Below, piece after piece: positions 26,701 through 41,700 of a stretch of 64,000 bases of DNA. The notes beneath the pieces are model-generated. The model did no database searches. It was not told the DNA's origin and saw nothing but the letters and a program-made list of their open reading frames with translations. Both the position numbers and the translations under genes were made by a program. Numbering within the stretch: position 1 is the stretch's first letter; each line of letters begins with the position of its first letter. Source of the stretch: Phoronis australis (Eukaryota > Animalia > Phoronida); NCBI GenBank assembly GCA_002633005.1, contig NMRA01000050.1:1155841-1219840 (forward strand), written 5' to 3'.

Positions 26701-29700
26701 AAATGCTTAGGAAGTGGCTCATGGTAGTGAAGAATAAAATGTACGCTGTAAATAGCAAGTATAAGGCCGTGTCTGTGGCCTGCAGACGTCGACAGTGCCT
26801 GACGAATGCCGGCTTACCAAATAACTCCATACGTTCCGTTGTCTGAGCATGTTCACGGCGCTTCTCTAGTATTTCTTCATCACTGTATTCCTGTTCGAAT
26901 TGATAGCCTGTAAAACTTAACGATCCACCTGCGAAGTCGGGACCTTTGAGCTCTAGCTCGTCCTAAGTTGGGATAGCGAGTTGTCATGTTGACGTTTATT
27001 ACTGAGAGTTCTGTTTCAGAATGAATTATTCTCACCCTAACCAATACTTATATAAAACTGAAACAAAGTCTGACTCATTAGACGCAATTTGTAATGCCTT
27101 TGCAGAGCTCATGAGAGCAAATGATTTGAGAAGCCAGCAATGAATAAATCACTGCGTTACCGGCTTTAGGTGCAATAAAATTGACGGGACACCGAGGCCG
27201 TGTGAGCTCATGCTAATTTAGTGTTTGCTGGTAGAAACTGTTGTGAAACAAGTCGATCTCCATCCCATGGCCAAGTGTTAGGGGAATCTTTATTTACATT
27301 TACATTACTCAAATAATGATTGTCGATGTACAACTTCTGCCCTGACGGTGCCGTGGCCAAAGCGGAACCTGACGAGTAAGTAGATTTGCAGTTTCGTGTT
27401 ATTTCACCAACATAATCAGGTGCACATTACTTTGGCTCACTAGTATAGTATTTTCTTGACTGGAAGCTTAGTTTCCACTGAACTTTGGCTGGTTTATGTT
27501 CGTGATGTCTGATCAGTTTCCGAGCCACTGGTCTGCCCGGGATAACGAGTCAAACCGGCCGGCCGCGACGGGCCTGATCGGGCTCCGAGACCCTGAGCAG
27601 GATAACAAGCGTTTTGTGTTTAGAACTCAAAAAATCACAAGTTTAAACAACACAGATCTAGGTTCTCGTGTCTTTATCTCACGGAAAATACTTCGAAATT
27701 ATCTCCGAACTGACCCCAAACTCCTGCTACGGACCTTATTGGCCTGCCGAACTTTGTAGGCTACGGTGTGTCCAAATACCAATAAATCCGTAAGAGCGAA
27801 ATAAAACAACACGTTTTTATAAGAACTAGGTGTATTTTTAAGGGTTTTACATCGAAGTTTGATGATTTATTGGTGTTAAACGATGACTTCAAGCGATAAG
27901 CTGACACCAGTAACCCGTGTTGTGAACTGCTGAACAGACTGCATGTGAAACCGATGACGTCATTGGATAATTTCAACACCTCCGTCTGCCGTCAGGTGTC
28001 AGGTAACGCTACCGTACGTGTCGTTATGGAGTAGAGCTACTCGATCTAAATTGATGCAAATTAGGTTGTTTTTGGATGCCATGCTCCTTTAATAGCTTGT
28101 CCCACTTTCTGTTTCAGGTTGAAGGGATGTTTATGATGTACAGAAGCGAAAGCAGACACACACACTTAGAAAACACAATTATGGCACAGAAGTATACACA
28201 TCAAACCTTCGATGATGTTGTGACGAAAAAAGTGGGTAACACCCTGCGTTATTTATTTTCGTGCCACGTTTCGCCACTCATATATTGTTGGAAACTTCTT
28301 CCGGGACCTGATGCCCATCAAGTTTGCACTTCGGTTGGTTTTTATTCTTGCTCCCGTAAGACAGCTATCAAAACACCAACATTCACAGAAGATTTTCAAT
28401 CTAGAGGGGTATACCAGACTCTCATTGTACGCAACCAGCGACATCTGTTGTACTGGGAGACTGACAGACTAGTGCTGTGGCAATAAAAGAAGAAGAAAAC
28501 ATAGTCTATCAAAAACTGACTGTCTTGAATTTCTCAAAGTTTACTTGCATGACTTCGTCATTTGAACATCAGCGAAACCGATAAAAAATTCTAACGAAAA
28601 CAGCGAGATGTATTAGGTAACACATCAAACGTACTAGCCTCTAATGGAGTTGTTTCGCAATTACCTTACGTCGAATGACATTGCTGCAGAGGCAACAAAA
28701 CGAAACTGCAAACGTATGCTACCGTGCAACAGGTGTAGACACATTTCGTTTACATATCGTCTACTGACTTCAGTTAATGGCCACTCAGACTTTCCTCCAT
28801 TCCCCACGGGTGGCATAAGAAAAAGTACCCTTCTGTTCCGCAAAGAGCCCCCACCCCCTCCCCCTCAAATTCGCTCTCCTGACTCTATGTTCGTAATTTT
28901 CTCGAATACACCATTTTTTCGAAAACCCATTTTCCGTTCACCCACATTTGGAAAGGAAAACCAAACCTTAGAATAATGGCGCATGGGCGTGGACTTACGA
29001 GTTCAAGAAAACTGCACAGACATTCCCGGGTCACTTGGCGCTCATTTTAGGACCGAGATTGGAAGAACATAAAGCAAATTTATGGGAAGTCAGTGTACAC
29101 GCTACGTCATTTTTATAGCCAGGAGGACCCACCAAAACAAAATTTCCTAAAATAAACAGTGTCACTGACTTACTCACGTATGCAATGCAGTTTGAGATCA
29201 GTCAGCTACATTAAAGGCCCGTATGTAAACGCTATGTCTGAATATTAAGATGCAGGCCCTCCCTTTCCGCCGTTTTCGGAATACGGTTCCTGGGGTTTAA
29301 TATGAGAACATTTTTGTGCTCGTTATGGCTTCAGGGTAGAGATCAGTAGCTCTCTCGCGGCGAGAAAACTCTAGCCAAAATCACGTGATCTCTTTTAAAA
29401 TACATGACAATAATAGTATCTCGCGAAGTTATTACACTAGAATGTCCTAGCGTTACTGAACTCTACCCACGTGTTTTGCGTTTCAAATCTCAATCGACAA
29501 GGTGATGAAATGACAAGATTTTTTAATTAACCAAAGGAACTATTAGTTTTCAACATACGTGTGTCGGCCCGTCGGCTGTCTTATGCATAGGAAACGTTTG
29601 TGTTTACATTTACAGCCTTGCGGCAACGTCGGAAAAAAAGAATCACGTGCTCAAGTATAGGAAAGAGTTTACGTGAATTTTGCTTTTCGTAGAATCGTAA

Positions 29701-32700
29701 CATGATTAGCTGTCTGTTTATGCAGAATGCGTGTTCTTTGAATTTTAGTTGTTTGCAATTTATAGAATCTCTCATTTTTCGCCAAAGTTGAGGAGAGATG
29801 CACCATCATGGTCTAGTCCATGTCACGTGATTGACCATAGGCAGGAAATGACATACTGTTCTCTATGAATTCCTTGTTATTCAAACTTCTGCTTCCTGAG
29901 AATATTCTTATTTATTGGCCGCTGCTAGTACATGTAGATCGTCCAGTCATGATCACTAACCTCTTGTGTTGTCTCTGACACGCAAACTAAATGTTAACGC
30001 TCGCATTTTATTTTAATTCCAATAAAGTATTAGGCATAGCAATATATTCTTGGTATGATGATATTGGAATATTAGACATGCGCTTTGGGATTAATCTTGC
30101 AGGCTGTTAAGCACCATCACATGACGTAACATTACTTAGCATCAATTAGTGTGAATGTGATTGACGGCTTTAGCACCACACACGAATGTGAATGACACCA
30201 GTTTCCTTAAATCAACAGCACAGTGTACTTACATGTATAATATTACATTAAGCGCTGAGTGATTTACGAGTTCCTTATCTCGACATTTTAGGTTACATAC
30301 GGAATTTCTGTTCGGTACTAAAGTAGGTCTATGTACATTCCTACACGTCCCATGACGACAACTTCGGTTTTACTGAAACGTGATAGGAGCAAATATCAAC
30401 TGGAATGGTAGAAATAGAATCCAACAAGAATATTTGCTGGAGGGAAACAGAGTTAGGAATTTATGGGAGAAGGGAATTTAGGGAGAAGATGGGTACAGAG
30501 AAATGCCGCTACATACCCGAAAGAAGGTTATAAAGCACAATCATGTGAATTAACAAAAAAATGCCTTTGTTCTAAAACCTGAAGTCAAATAAGTGAATTT
30601 TGTGAAAACAATATTTCACCAATTCAACTAAAAAGGTCAATGTGGATGTTTAAAACGTATTAATCTCCCTCTCCGGACACCTTCCTAAACGGATCTCTTT
30701 TCATAAGTTGACAAAAATGATGAAGGAATTAAAAAATGATTGACAATAACAATCTTGCGTTCAAATCTTTAATACGATAAAAGTCAATAGTCAGCAGTAG
30801 TATGTATGTGCATACATGCACGCATATATGTATGTATGTATGTATGTATATCGTCAGCTCAAATTAGTAGCGACCATTGAAAGAGCAGCAGTAACTAAAT
30901 TTGACACAAACTTAAGCCACCAAAATCATCGTTGTGCAAACAAATGCAAAAAGCGTATTAAATTTATGTTTTAAAACATTCGCTGATGCTTGCATTGTTT
31001 GCCGAAAATTCATATCTTCATCGTTATATACGTTCATTTATAAGACCATGCGAACCTTCTCAATTGCCGAGTTTTTAATAGCAAAAGGGCAACAAATAGC
31101 GCCATCTGCTGTTTAAAAATCTTTCATACGGAGAGCTTTCATTGCTGTTTACAAATACTGTCCCGCCAGACGACGGTTGGATCACTGGGTTTTTCTTGCA
31201 ATCAGCAATGTGTTTAGTGCGCTTTTCTCTCATTTTATCTCAATGCCGTTTCTTCAAAAAAAACTGAAGTCTGTTACAGTTTTCTTCCTTGCCATTATTG
31301 GTTTCTGGTGAAAGTGAGGCTCGACAGGTGGCGGTATTTTCTAAACCGATGAATTTTCACATACGGGACACCTATTTCATTTTTTACCCAACTTGGTCAT
31401 GCAGCTCTAGGTGAAGATTTATATAAATAATATGGAAGCATCCGAGATCTCGTTTACTTGCGAAGAACATGCTGTGACTGAAAAATATCACTTTGGGTGT
31501 ACAGGTGGGTCAAGCTGCATTGTCTTTAGGTGCATTGCCCGATATAGAATGGAAAGCTGACGATCTTGAATTTGGCATTGCTTGAGCCTTTCAAATAAAA
31601 AATGATAAAAAATATCAGAGAAATTTGTTGCTCGGCAGTTCACAGTGATGACAGTTGTAAATTTTGCTATTGTCAACATTTGTTACCCCCGAACTCAACG
31701 AAAGACATCTCCCGGCGTGCCGTTTATGCCGATTGCGTCGATGCTTTCCTCGTGTCAAACTCGTCATGTTTTACATACCTTCTGTTTAAAAATCGACGTA
31801 AGAGTGTTTACTTTTCAAATTTTTAGATCGTGAAGTGCTGTCAGTTCTCGACGGACGTGCACCAAGACAGACGACAGATAAGAGAAAAAACAAACACAGT
31901 TTGGCAGTAACTTGCGGCGTCTCATAATTTCGGTGCTGAACACATCCTGCGTGTACATGTATGTACAAGGCAGAGTTGCGCGTACTTATCCCTCAGGTTT
32001 TTAGGCTATCTATAGTTTTTGATGTCATGCTCTTGTTTTTTCACAGGATGTAACGGGTATAGCAAAACATTTGTGATGCAACCTAAGCTGTTCACTTGAT
32101 ATACATATTCTTGAAACTGAATGCTTCTGAAATGCAAAACACAAACAGAAAAATAACGATGTAAATCATTTCACGGCCAAGACAGAAATTCACGTTTCGT
32201 GTCGACATTCAATACACTCCAACCCGTGATTTCTCCTGTCTACTTTATGTAGCCTACTCGACGCTGGAAATTGGATAATAGTCACTTAATGGATCCCATT
32301 GAGAATCAGTTTAATGCTCATTATCCAGAGGGGAAAATTGGTTCTCAAAATGCTTCCTCGGGGAGAGAAAATCTAGTCAAAATCACGACGTGCTCCCATT
32401 GAAAATGCACCGCAATATCTCTCAGAATCTCTCAAAATCTTGCTTTCTGGTGAAGTGCTGGTGTTATTGAAATTATGCGTAGAGTAATGTCTTTTAGTTT
32501 ACGGGAAAGTACCACTCAGTAGCCTCACTCCTGGGGAAAAAATTGGAAACCCAAGATTCGGTTTTCAGAACTCATAATTGAAGCCCAGTCTCGCTCCCAA
32601 ACCTAAAGGTGGTGCTGATCGGTCTAGTCTTTTGAGCCTCGGTTGTGGGAAATACCCTCTGTGCAATGATTGTCACTGCCTTGACGTCATTAAAGCAAAG

Positions 32701-35700
32701 ACAGATTTAGTTAACGGTTTTTTCACCGGCGTCGCAGCTGCTGCTATTCGTGAAGCAGAAGGCATTGCTTTGGTTATAGTTTGAAATAAAGGTTGTTTGT
32801 GTACTAGTATTTTCATTTTTAGTGGTATCACAGAATTTAAGATGGAATCAAAATACATCATTTTGTGATCATTTAGACCTAAATTGCTGCAGTGAACCGA
32901 TAGATTTCAATTTTCATTATACTGCAAACTTCGTTAAAGACACGACTAGATTTTTTGTTAGCAAGCTTGATACTGGTACTTTCGTAATTTCGGATCAGTC
33001 TCCTATCTTCTGGTGTGCAGGAATGAAGTAACAAACCTAAAGACATAACAAATAAACAAAAAGTGTGGCTACATTTTGTGACGTCTTGTCACGTCATCAG
33101 GCAATGAACTTTATACCATTCGTGATATTCCTGCAATCCGTAAAAATGAGTCAAAATTCTGAAACATTTGATTTCACATAACCAAGCCTCGGCAGCATTC
33201 AAAACAAGTTGTCCTATTTTGGTCGATAGCCTGTCACTTGCAGAGACTTCTGATATTGAGAACCAGTTTGCTGTCTGTTATTCAGTGGCGGAAATTGGTT
33301 CTCAAAATCCAGGACCCGTGTATTGGGCTATTATCCGATTTTGAATAGTTTTCGGGTTTGAAGACAGTGATAAAAAGAAGTCAAAAACAATATTTAGGAA
33401 TTCTTGTGACTTTTGATCAATTCAGTTAATCAGAGTTCTAACTTTTGAAAAGATACAGTTCGTGAAAACTATTACTCAGTATCAGTACACATCAACTCGG
33501 ATTTCTCGGACGTCATACTACATGTATTAGTGAAAGCAGACCCGTACAGTCTTGAGACTCGTCCATTGGATATCCAGGGAAAGATAGATATTTCAAACCT
33601 CTAGCGACACACAGTTATTTTATATTTTAATTTATTTTCTATTCTTATTCATATGTGCCCAATGTCCCATCCGGGCAAAAAGTGCCCGATCTTCACTTAA
33701 AATGTTCTGGTCCATATCACTTAATACTCGAAAGTAATAACAATTGGGACGTTTATAAACAATAACTACGCTTACATATTTGACGTTCGCGCAAAAAATT
33801 GCAGTTCACCAGGGCTATTAAAAAACTTTCTGAAAGAGATTAAATTAATTTTTCGGTATGAGTTTTACGGTTTAGCGGCTCTAATAGTATTTTCAGCTTT
33901 ATTTATTTTCTTACGTCGGTGTAAGTCAATTTCTTTCTGAATTCTGACTACCCCAAGTTTCAGCTTTTTGGCTTCTCCACAAAAGTTCCATGCTTGTTTT
34001 TTTCGTTGTTGTTTTATTTTGATAGCCACCCTGTGCCACACAAGAATGCGTATGTTGCTTGAGTTGTGAAATAAATGAAGTGGAGGCGAACAAATCTAAG
34101 ATAAGAAGTTTCTTCTTAATGAATTCAAAATTGTGATTTGAATTGAATCACCCCTAATGTATACACCCTCTTCGGTTTGCCTATTGTTTTGTATGACGTC
34201 ATTTTGAAATTTGATAAGCTGCTATGATTGAGGTCCAAAATAATAAAAATTCAACACGTTTGTCTTGCTTCTACACAATGTGTTCCAGAACGCGAGGCCA
34301 GGTGATTTATTTTCACCCACCGGACCGTCATTCCGAAAGGTAAAGTCCAGGTGCCGGTTTTATCAATGATTAGAAGTCCGGTTGTCTAGGGCTCGAGCAA
34401 ATGAAATTGGCACGATGTAAATTTAGTTGTGGTGTGATGCCTTGTTCTTCAAGTCAAGCTTATGACTACACATTGTGTGTTCGAAAGAGACTGGTGCTGA
34501 AGAATACCAAAGTCGATATTGCAAGTGATTATAGAACTTTGTGTCATTCCGAACAAGATTCCCGAGCCACGTCAATTCTAATTATTAGAGTTGTGAGTTT
34601 TCTTAAAGATGTTATGTCTCATTAAGTTGTGAATATGCAAATGAAGTATTAGTTTACAAAAAAATCTCGGGTTTACCGGTGCACCGGAATCCAACCCAGA
34701 ACTATAGGTGTAGTTACCATTACAATCTTGCAACAATCTCATTTTGCGTGACTATCTTAATGTAAATTAGCATGGTACTATGTCATCGTTACCCTAATAA
34801 AAAGGCTTAGTTTTTATTATTTGTTCATTTCACAATCAAATGACGACTGCATAGTATTTCGAATTACTAGGATTTTCATATGATCACAATTGTTTTAAAG
34901 TGTATCAGGTGTTGTGTTGTGTTTTCTTTAAAACCTCGCTTTATTTACAAATTGTTTCTTTTCCTGATTATACTTGTACAGTACACACAGTTCTCCAGGA
35001 AGACACAAGGTGGCGCTTGCTGCAAATTTAAATATTCATGGTTTTAATGAGAAACACCATCTTTAATCTTTCATGTTTACTTAAATACGTATACTACATT
35101 AAACTTTTACTTTGAAAATAAACATTGCGTTATAGCCAACATACAAGTTCTGTTGGTGTATGTTAATGATCCATTCCTCGCAAATACACTTCGACCCTGG
35201 AATCAGTTTGCTGCAAAGTCCCTCACAAAGCAAATCTCCATTGAACACCTCAGTATGAAGTTCACCTTCACGCATACATTTCAGTCTTGTTGCACAAGAC
35301 TTACTGTACCTCAATTACATACAGGTCAAAGAAGGACACACACCCTTCTCCGAAGACTGTCACTGGCGAAGTGCCCGACACATACTGTCACGCCTGCATG
35401 GCCCAAGTAACTAAGGCTATACATGTACAGCGCACTGAGACGCAACAAAGACATTTTGCATAAGAATAAATGAACAATAGCAACCAAATAAGCATAACAA
35501 TAAACGAAGTACAGATACTAACGTTCTGTCATATAGTGTTGTATTTTTAGTTTTGCATGTTTATAATGCGAAATAAATGCACTATTACTCTGCATGCTTA
35601 AGTGACAACGTGTTACACAATATTTTTTTACCAACATCACGATTTCAATTAAGATTTACATTGTTTCATAATATTTCATAAACGTCTTAGAAATATCTAT

Positions 35701-38700
35701 CACCCTCGTTTCTGCCATGGCTGGCCTCTGTTTGCGTTTTAGTAGAAAAGTTTTTAAATCCTAACCAAAGTCGAACATTGCATTTCATTCATGTCTTATT
35801 CTGTGGTTTTTATTATCTGTGACAGTATCATTTTTCTGGAAGTTTCTATATTAAGCCCGTTAATGCGAACCGTGTTTAGTGGATTTTTTCCGAAATTTGG
35901 GAATTTTCCGGTTCGTTTAGCCGAATAAATAGTTCGCGGAAAATTCTGGAAAATATTCGGAAAATTCACAAAACGCATGAACATGTATGTTGTCTTGCCC
36001 TATGGCACTAATTGACTGCTTGTTTATGTCTGCAGCTGCACATTCACATATGCCATGACAAACGCGTTTTAACAAGCCTGTGTTTCGAGCGTCGCATTAT
36101 TTTGCTGTCGTGGTAGAATATCGAAATTTAATAACTTGATCACAAGATTTATATATTTATAAATTTAATCACAAGTTAAAAATCCTGTGATGACGTCATC
36201 CTACTTTCCCTCGTGACGATTCTTTCCTGGCACTGTGCAGGCCAAATTGTCACAATGTCCCATATCAACATCAAAACTGTGACAATTTTCGTCTGCGCAG
36301 TAAAAACGTGTTTAAAATGTCACAGCAGCAATTTTTGCGAGTGACAGTTTGAACCAAATGGTGAAAATCTGCAAGGTGTGCCGGGCATTTTCTAACTGTA
36401 TAGAGGACGTTCTGGCTAACAGTGCGTGATTTCCTACTTAAGCATTATTTTGTTGAAAACTGATATGTACCCGATGTTGTACAGGTAGTGGTTCACACGT
36501 GCAGATGAGTGGTGACGATATTCAAGCATGTGCACACCGTTAAAACCGGGTTGAAGAGCATTTTCGTATTTCAATACCGGGGGCGCGCCCCTTACAACAC
36601 ATCGCATCAACTCTTGTACACAACACTTTCATGAAGGAACCAGAATTCACCCCCGTTGGTAGTTTCACTTTCAGGAAAAAATAGTGCATGTATTTGAATT
36701 ATTGTTACATTGGTTTCTCAGACATTTGTGACACATTGAGCTGTCTAGCTAGGATGCACCGACACCACCCTATTTTCCAGCTTACAAAGCAAAGTGACCA
36801 AATTAGTCTTTTTACATTAAAGGAAACTAAGAAACAGTCATAGTTTGTGGTGCATTTGTGCGCATGCGCAGTTCAACGCTATATTTTCATATATAACAGC
36901 CTCCCGTTCAGTAACGCTAGGACCTCGCTAAAAGGCAAGACTTCGCGAGATTACGTGAGATATTGCCGTGCATTTTGAATGAGAACACGTGACTTTGACT
37001 AGCTTTTAGCTAGGTCCTAGCGTAGGTCCTAGCGTCTACTGAACGCACGCCAGGTCTGTGACTTACATGAAGTGGAGCTGAATCAAACTGCATTGACACA
37101 CAGATGTCTTTAAAATAAAACCAGTACAGCTTTCGTTCTAAGCCAGTAATCGATTTTTTAAACATGATCATCGTAAAGCATATACCCGAACCATCTGAAG
37201 TTGGTGGTTGCTTTACGAATCGGTCGTTGAAGATATTTATATTAATGTTTTTAGAATTTTAAAATTGCAATCCAGTTATAATTAGACATCAAAACAGATC
37301 ACTAGATTTGGTTGGCGCCTGCCGAAAAAAAAAGCTAAAGTCATCTTTTAAATCTCAGATCATAGAAACCACTGTACATGTAGAAGTATTCCAATTTTCA
37401 TTTTCAAGCTGCATGATGCGATTAATGAATTTTCCACATTTCCCCCCTCGTGCTTCTCATTTGCGGTGAATCTTTGTTTAATTATGGCTTGTTTTCCTTG
37501 GTTCGAGACTATAGCATCATGGTCCTACACGTGCTATTCCGGTCACATGAGACATGGTTCACAACACCAAGGTCGTTCGTTTATGTTTATATTTTCAGTT
37601 TGCACAATTGTATACGTTTATTTAAACTTCTGTTTAAACTTGTCCAGTTACTTCAATTTGCTTCGTAATTTGCAGTCAGTCTGTGACACAAGTCTGAGTC
37701 GAGCAATGATGATTAGGAAAATAAGCCTGTCGAAAGTTAAAAATCCTACATGTTTCCGAATATGGCGTGCAGCTCAGAGGTTGATTTTTTTCTTTTAACG
37801 CATTGCTAAAATGAAAAGTTGTAATCTCCAGTTAACATTAAATCATAATCTTAGTGATGTTTGTGGTACATGTATATTATTGTACGCGAAACATTGTTGA
37901 AACACGTAAGCGCAAGCGTAAGAATGGGAAGCCCAGTTCTTGAAGGAGCATGCCACCCAAAAACAACCTAATTTGTATTAATTTAGATCGAGTAGTTCTA
38001 CTCCATAACGGCACATACGGTTGCGTTACCTGACACCTGACGGCAGACGGAGGTGTTGACATTATCCAATGACGTCATCGGTTTCACATGCAGTCTGTTC
38101 AGCAGTTCACAACACGGGTTACTGGTGTCAGCTTATCGCTTGAAGTCATCGTTTAACACCAATAAATCATCAAACTTCGATGTAAAACCCTTAAAAATAC
38201 ACCTAGTTCTGATAAAAACGTGTTGTTTTATTTCGCTCTTACGGATTTATTGGTATTTGGACACACCGTAGCCTACAAAGTTCGGCAGGCCAATAAGGTC
38301 CGTAGCAGGAGTTTGGGGTCAGTTCGGAGATAATTTCGAAGTATTTTCCGTGAGATAAAGACATGAGAACCTAGATCTGTGTTGTTTAAACTTGTGATTT
38401 TTTGAGTTCTAAACACAAAACGCAAAATTTGTATTAATTTAGATCGAGTAGTTCTACTCCATAACGGCACGTACGGTTGCGTTACCTGACACCTGACGGC
38501 AGACGGAGGTGTTGACATTATCCAATGACGTCATCGGTTTCACACGCAGTCTGTTCAGCAGTTCACATCACGGGTTACTGGTGTCAGCTTATAGCTTGAA
38601 TTCATCGTTTAACACCAATAAATCATCAAAGTTCGATGAGAAACCCTTAAAAATACTTATAAAAACGTGTTGTTTTATTTCGCTGTTACGGATTTATTGA

Positions 38701-41700
38701 TATTTGGACACACCGTAGCATCCAAAGTTCGGCAGGCCACTATAAGGTCCGTAGCAGGAGTTTGGGGTCTGTTCAGAGATAAATTCGAAGTATTTTTCGT
38801 GAGATACAGACAGGAGAACCCAGATCCGTGTTGTTTAGACTTGTGATTTTTTTAGTTCTGAACACACAAAACGATTGTTATCATGGCCAGTGGCTCGGAA
38901 AATGATCAGATATCACGAACATAAATCAGCCAAAGTTGGAAACTAAACTTCCAGTCAAGAAAATACTATACTAGTGAGCCAAAGTAATGTGCACGTGATA
39001 ATGTTGGTAAATTAGCCACGAAACTGCAAATCTACTTACTCGTCGGGAGCCGCAAATTTAGGTTCTGCTTTGGCCACAGCATCGTCAGGGCAGAAGTTGT
39101 ACATTGACAATCATTTGATTAATGTAAATGTAAATAAATATTCCCCTAACACCAGGCCGTGGGATGGAAATCGAGTTGTTGCCAGCAAACACTAAATTAG
39201 CATGAGCTCACACGGCCTCGGTGTCCCGTCAATTAGTTTTATTGCACCTAAAGCCGGTAACGCAGTGATTCATTCATTGCCGGCTTCTCAAAATCATTTG
39301 CACTCACGAACACTCCAAAGGCATTACAAATTGCATCTAATGAAGCAGACTTTGTTTCAGTTTTATATAAGTATTGTTTAGGGTGTGAATAATTCATTTT
39401 GAAACAGAACGCTCTGCAATAAACATCAACATGCAACTCGCTATCCCGGCTTAGACGAGAGCTCATCAGTCGATCCCTACGAAGACTTCGCAGGTGAATC
39501 GTTTCACAGGCTATCAATTCGAACAGGAATACAGAGAGGAAGAAATACCAGAGAGGCGCCGTGAACAGGATTGGATAGTTCTTAGGTAAGCCGGCATTCG
39601 TCAGGCACTGTCGATGACTGCAGGCCACAGACGCGGAGATGTTTCACGGCCGCATACTTGCTATTTACAGCGTACTTTTCATTCTTCACTACCACGAGCC
39701 ACTTCCTAAGCATTTCGGACTCTCTTGGAAGTCGAAAAAAACGATATACCCGCTTTCCTCGCAGCTGCATAGTTCGGACAAGCGGGAACGATGCACCGCA
39801 ACATAGCGGCATTCACTCTGCAGATGAACCACTGACGTCGCTAGCGTCGTTTCTCACCTTCCTCACAGGTTAACGCGACACCTCTTGGCAAGGTAAGGTC
39901 TTCCGTATGCGAGGCGATGTGGATACAGACCAATTAAGACGGCAAAAAAGACTTATTAAATCGGGTGGCATTCTCCTTTCAGTTTTGAGCATGTGCAAAA
40001 GACATGATAGTAAACACGTCACGGATAACGCATTACCTCACCATCGTCAAAGATTTTAAAGTATCTTTGCCATCGTCTTAATGGCCGGCAGTTATGGGAT
40101 CTGTTACGTAAGGTTAGTTTGGCGAGTTCTAGCAATGATTCACACGCTGGCATTGCTTTACAAGTGAGGTCCTTGCCTTAAGCTCACTCAGTTATTGATG
40201 ATGGGTAAGTCGTACCCAAATAAGTTCGTGTGTCCATTTTCATTGTCGGGCCGAGCTCATTTTTATGCCAGTGAAATGCTCCGAATCGTACATATATTTT
40301 ACAATCTGTGGAGAAAGGGGAACGTTAACCTTGGGGGACGGACAGGGGACCCGGACAATTTTTCAAATATTTTGAGACCGTTATCAATAGTCTCAAACTT
40401 TGGGTTAAAAGCATATTTAAGTAATTTCCAGATGTCTTTTGCATTTTTTTCGTTAAAAATTGTAAGTAATAAATGTAACTTATACCATATTTATTATGTT
40501 ATTTGATTTTTATCGGTAAAAGTCTTGCAACTTGTTTGTGGGCGAATTTCAACATAATCCATACTCTCAACAGGTTGATATCACAGTGAATATTTATTTA
40601 ATTTCACATTATTCAATAATTTCTCCAAAAATATTTTCAAAAATAACAAGCACAAATATTTTTTCAACTTTTGAGGACCATTGTTGTTTAATTTGTTGTG
40701 ACATGTACCTAACCTCGTGGAAGAACAGGTGATTGACGAATTGGGAAAAAAAACTAGCCGACAGCTGGCGCGATATTCCATGGCGCCAAAAGCCGACTTA
40801 AAAGATGGCACAACAACTGTAGCAGCATAATTAAACGTAGAACGCCAATCCGTCATAAGGTGTCTAAAATTCTCATACAGTAAAACAACATATCACTTCC
40901 AGTATTTAACATGCGATGATTTATTTTTCACCAAACAATGTTTGACAGAAAGTGCAGGAGTGTTTGAAATTCGGTCCCCTGGTGTCCTGTCCGAGCTCCG
41001 GTGTCCCCGTTTTAAAAGTTGGGTTCGTGTTTTTCCAACTGGTTAGCTGTTCTGAAGGTGCGGAAGTCTGTTTTCGACTACGGATATCTGTTTTCATGGA
41101 CGGGGTTCCTGTTTCGATGAAATACCCTGAGTGCATAAAGCATGATTTGAATGTTTCACAACAATCCGAGAACCCATTTCTGAGATGCGATGTTAAGAAT
41201 TTGGCCAAATTTGGACATTTCATTTCGTTCTACATAAACGTTCACGCGGTGTGTCAATAAAAACTTTCCGTTAAAAAGCGAACTGTTTGTTGAACAACTA
41301 AATCTTTTGAAAGAACGTAAAGTTTCAATACGTCAAGATACTGGACACTTTAAAACAATAAGCTAAAGAGGGTCAAGGAATCAGCATGACTTCAATCATC
41401 GTCAATGCTCGAAAGATATATAACCTTAGTCATCTAAGCCTGGATATTTCCATGACGTCATATGGTCACTTTCTCAAGTATTTCCTTCCTGGCGGGAAAT
41501 GATATATGTTCAGATCACTATGGACTCTAGCGTTACCAGTATTCGTACCCTAAGTGCAGAGGACCTTTTTTGACGAATAAGGGTCACACTTATTTGCTAC
41601 TTAGCTGACTTTGAGTTAGCATATTTAAAGTTGTTGGAATATACCCCATATTTAACGTTTTCTTCAACCATGAATTTCCTTGCACCCTTTCCAACAATTC

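Noticed and set aside
27761-27979. Near-identical 72-aa ORFs at 27761 (-) and 38053 (+)
   Set aside because: They reflect DNA identity of transposon copies, not a conserved protein
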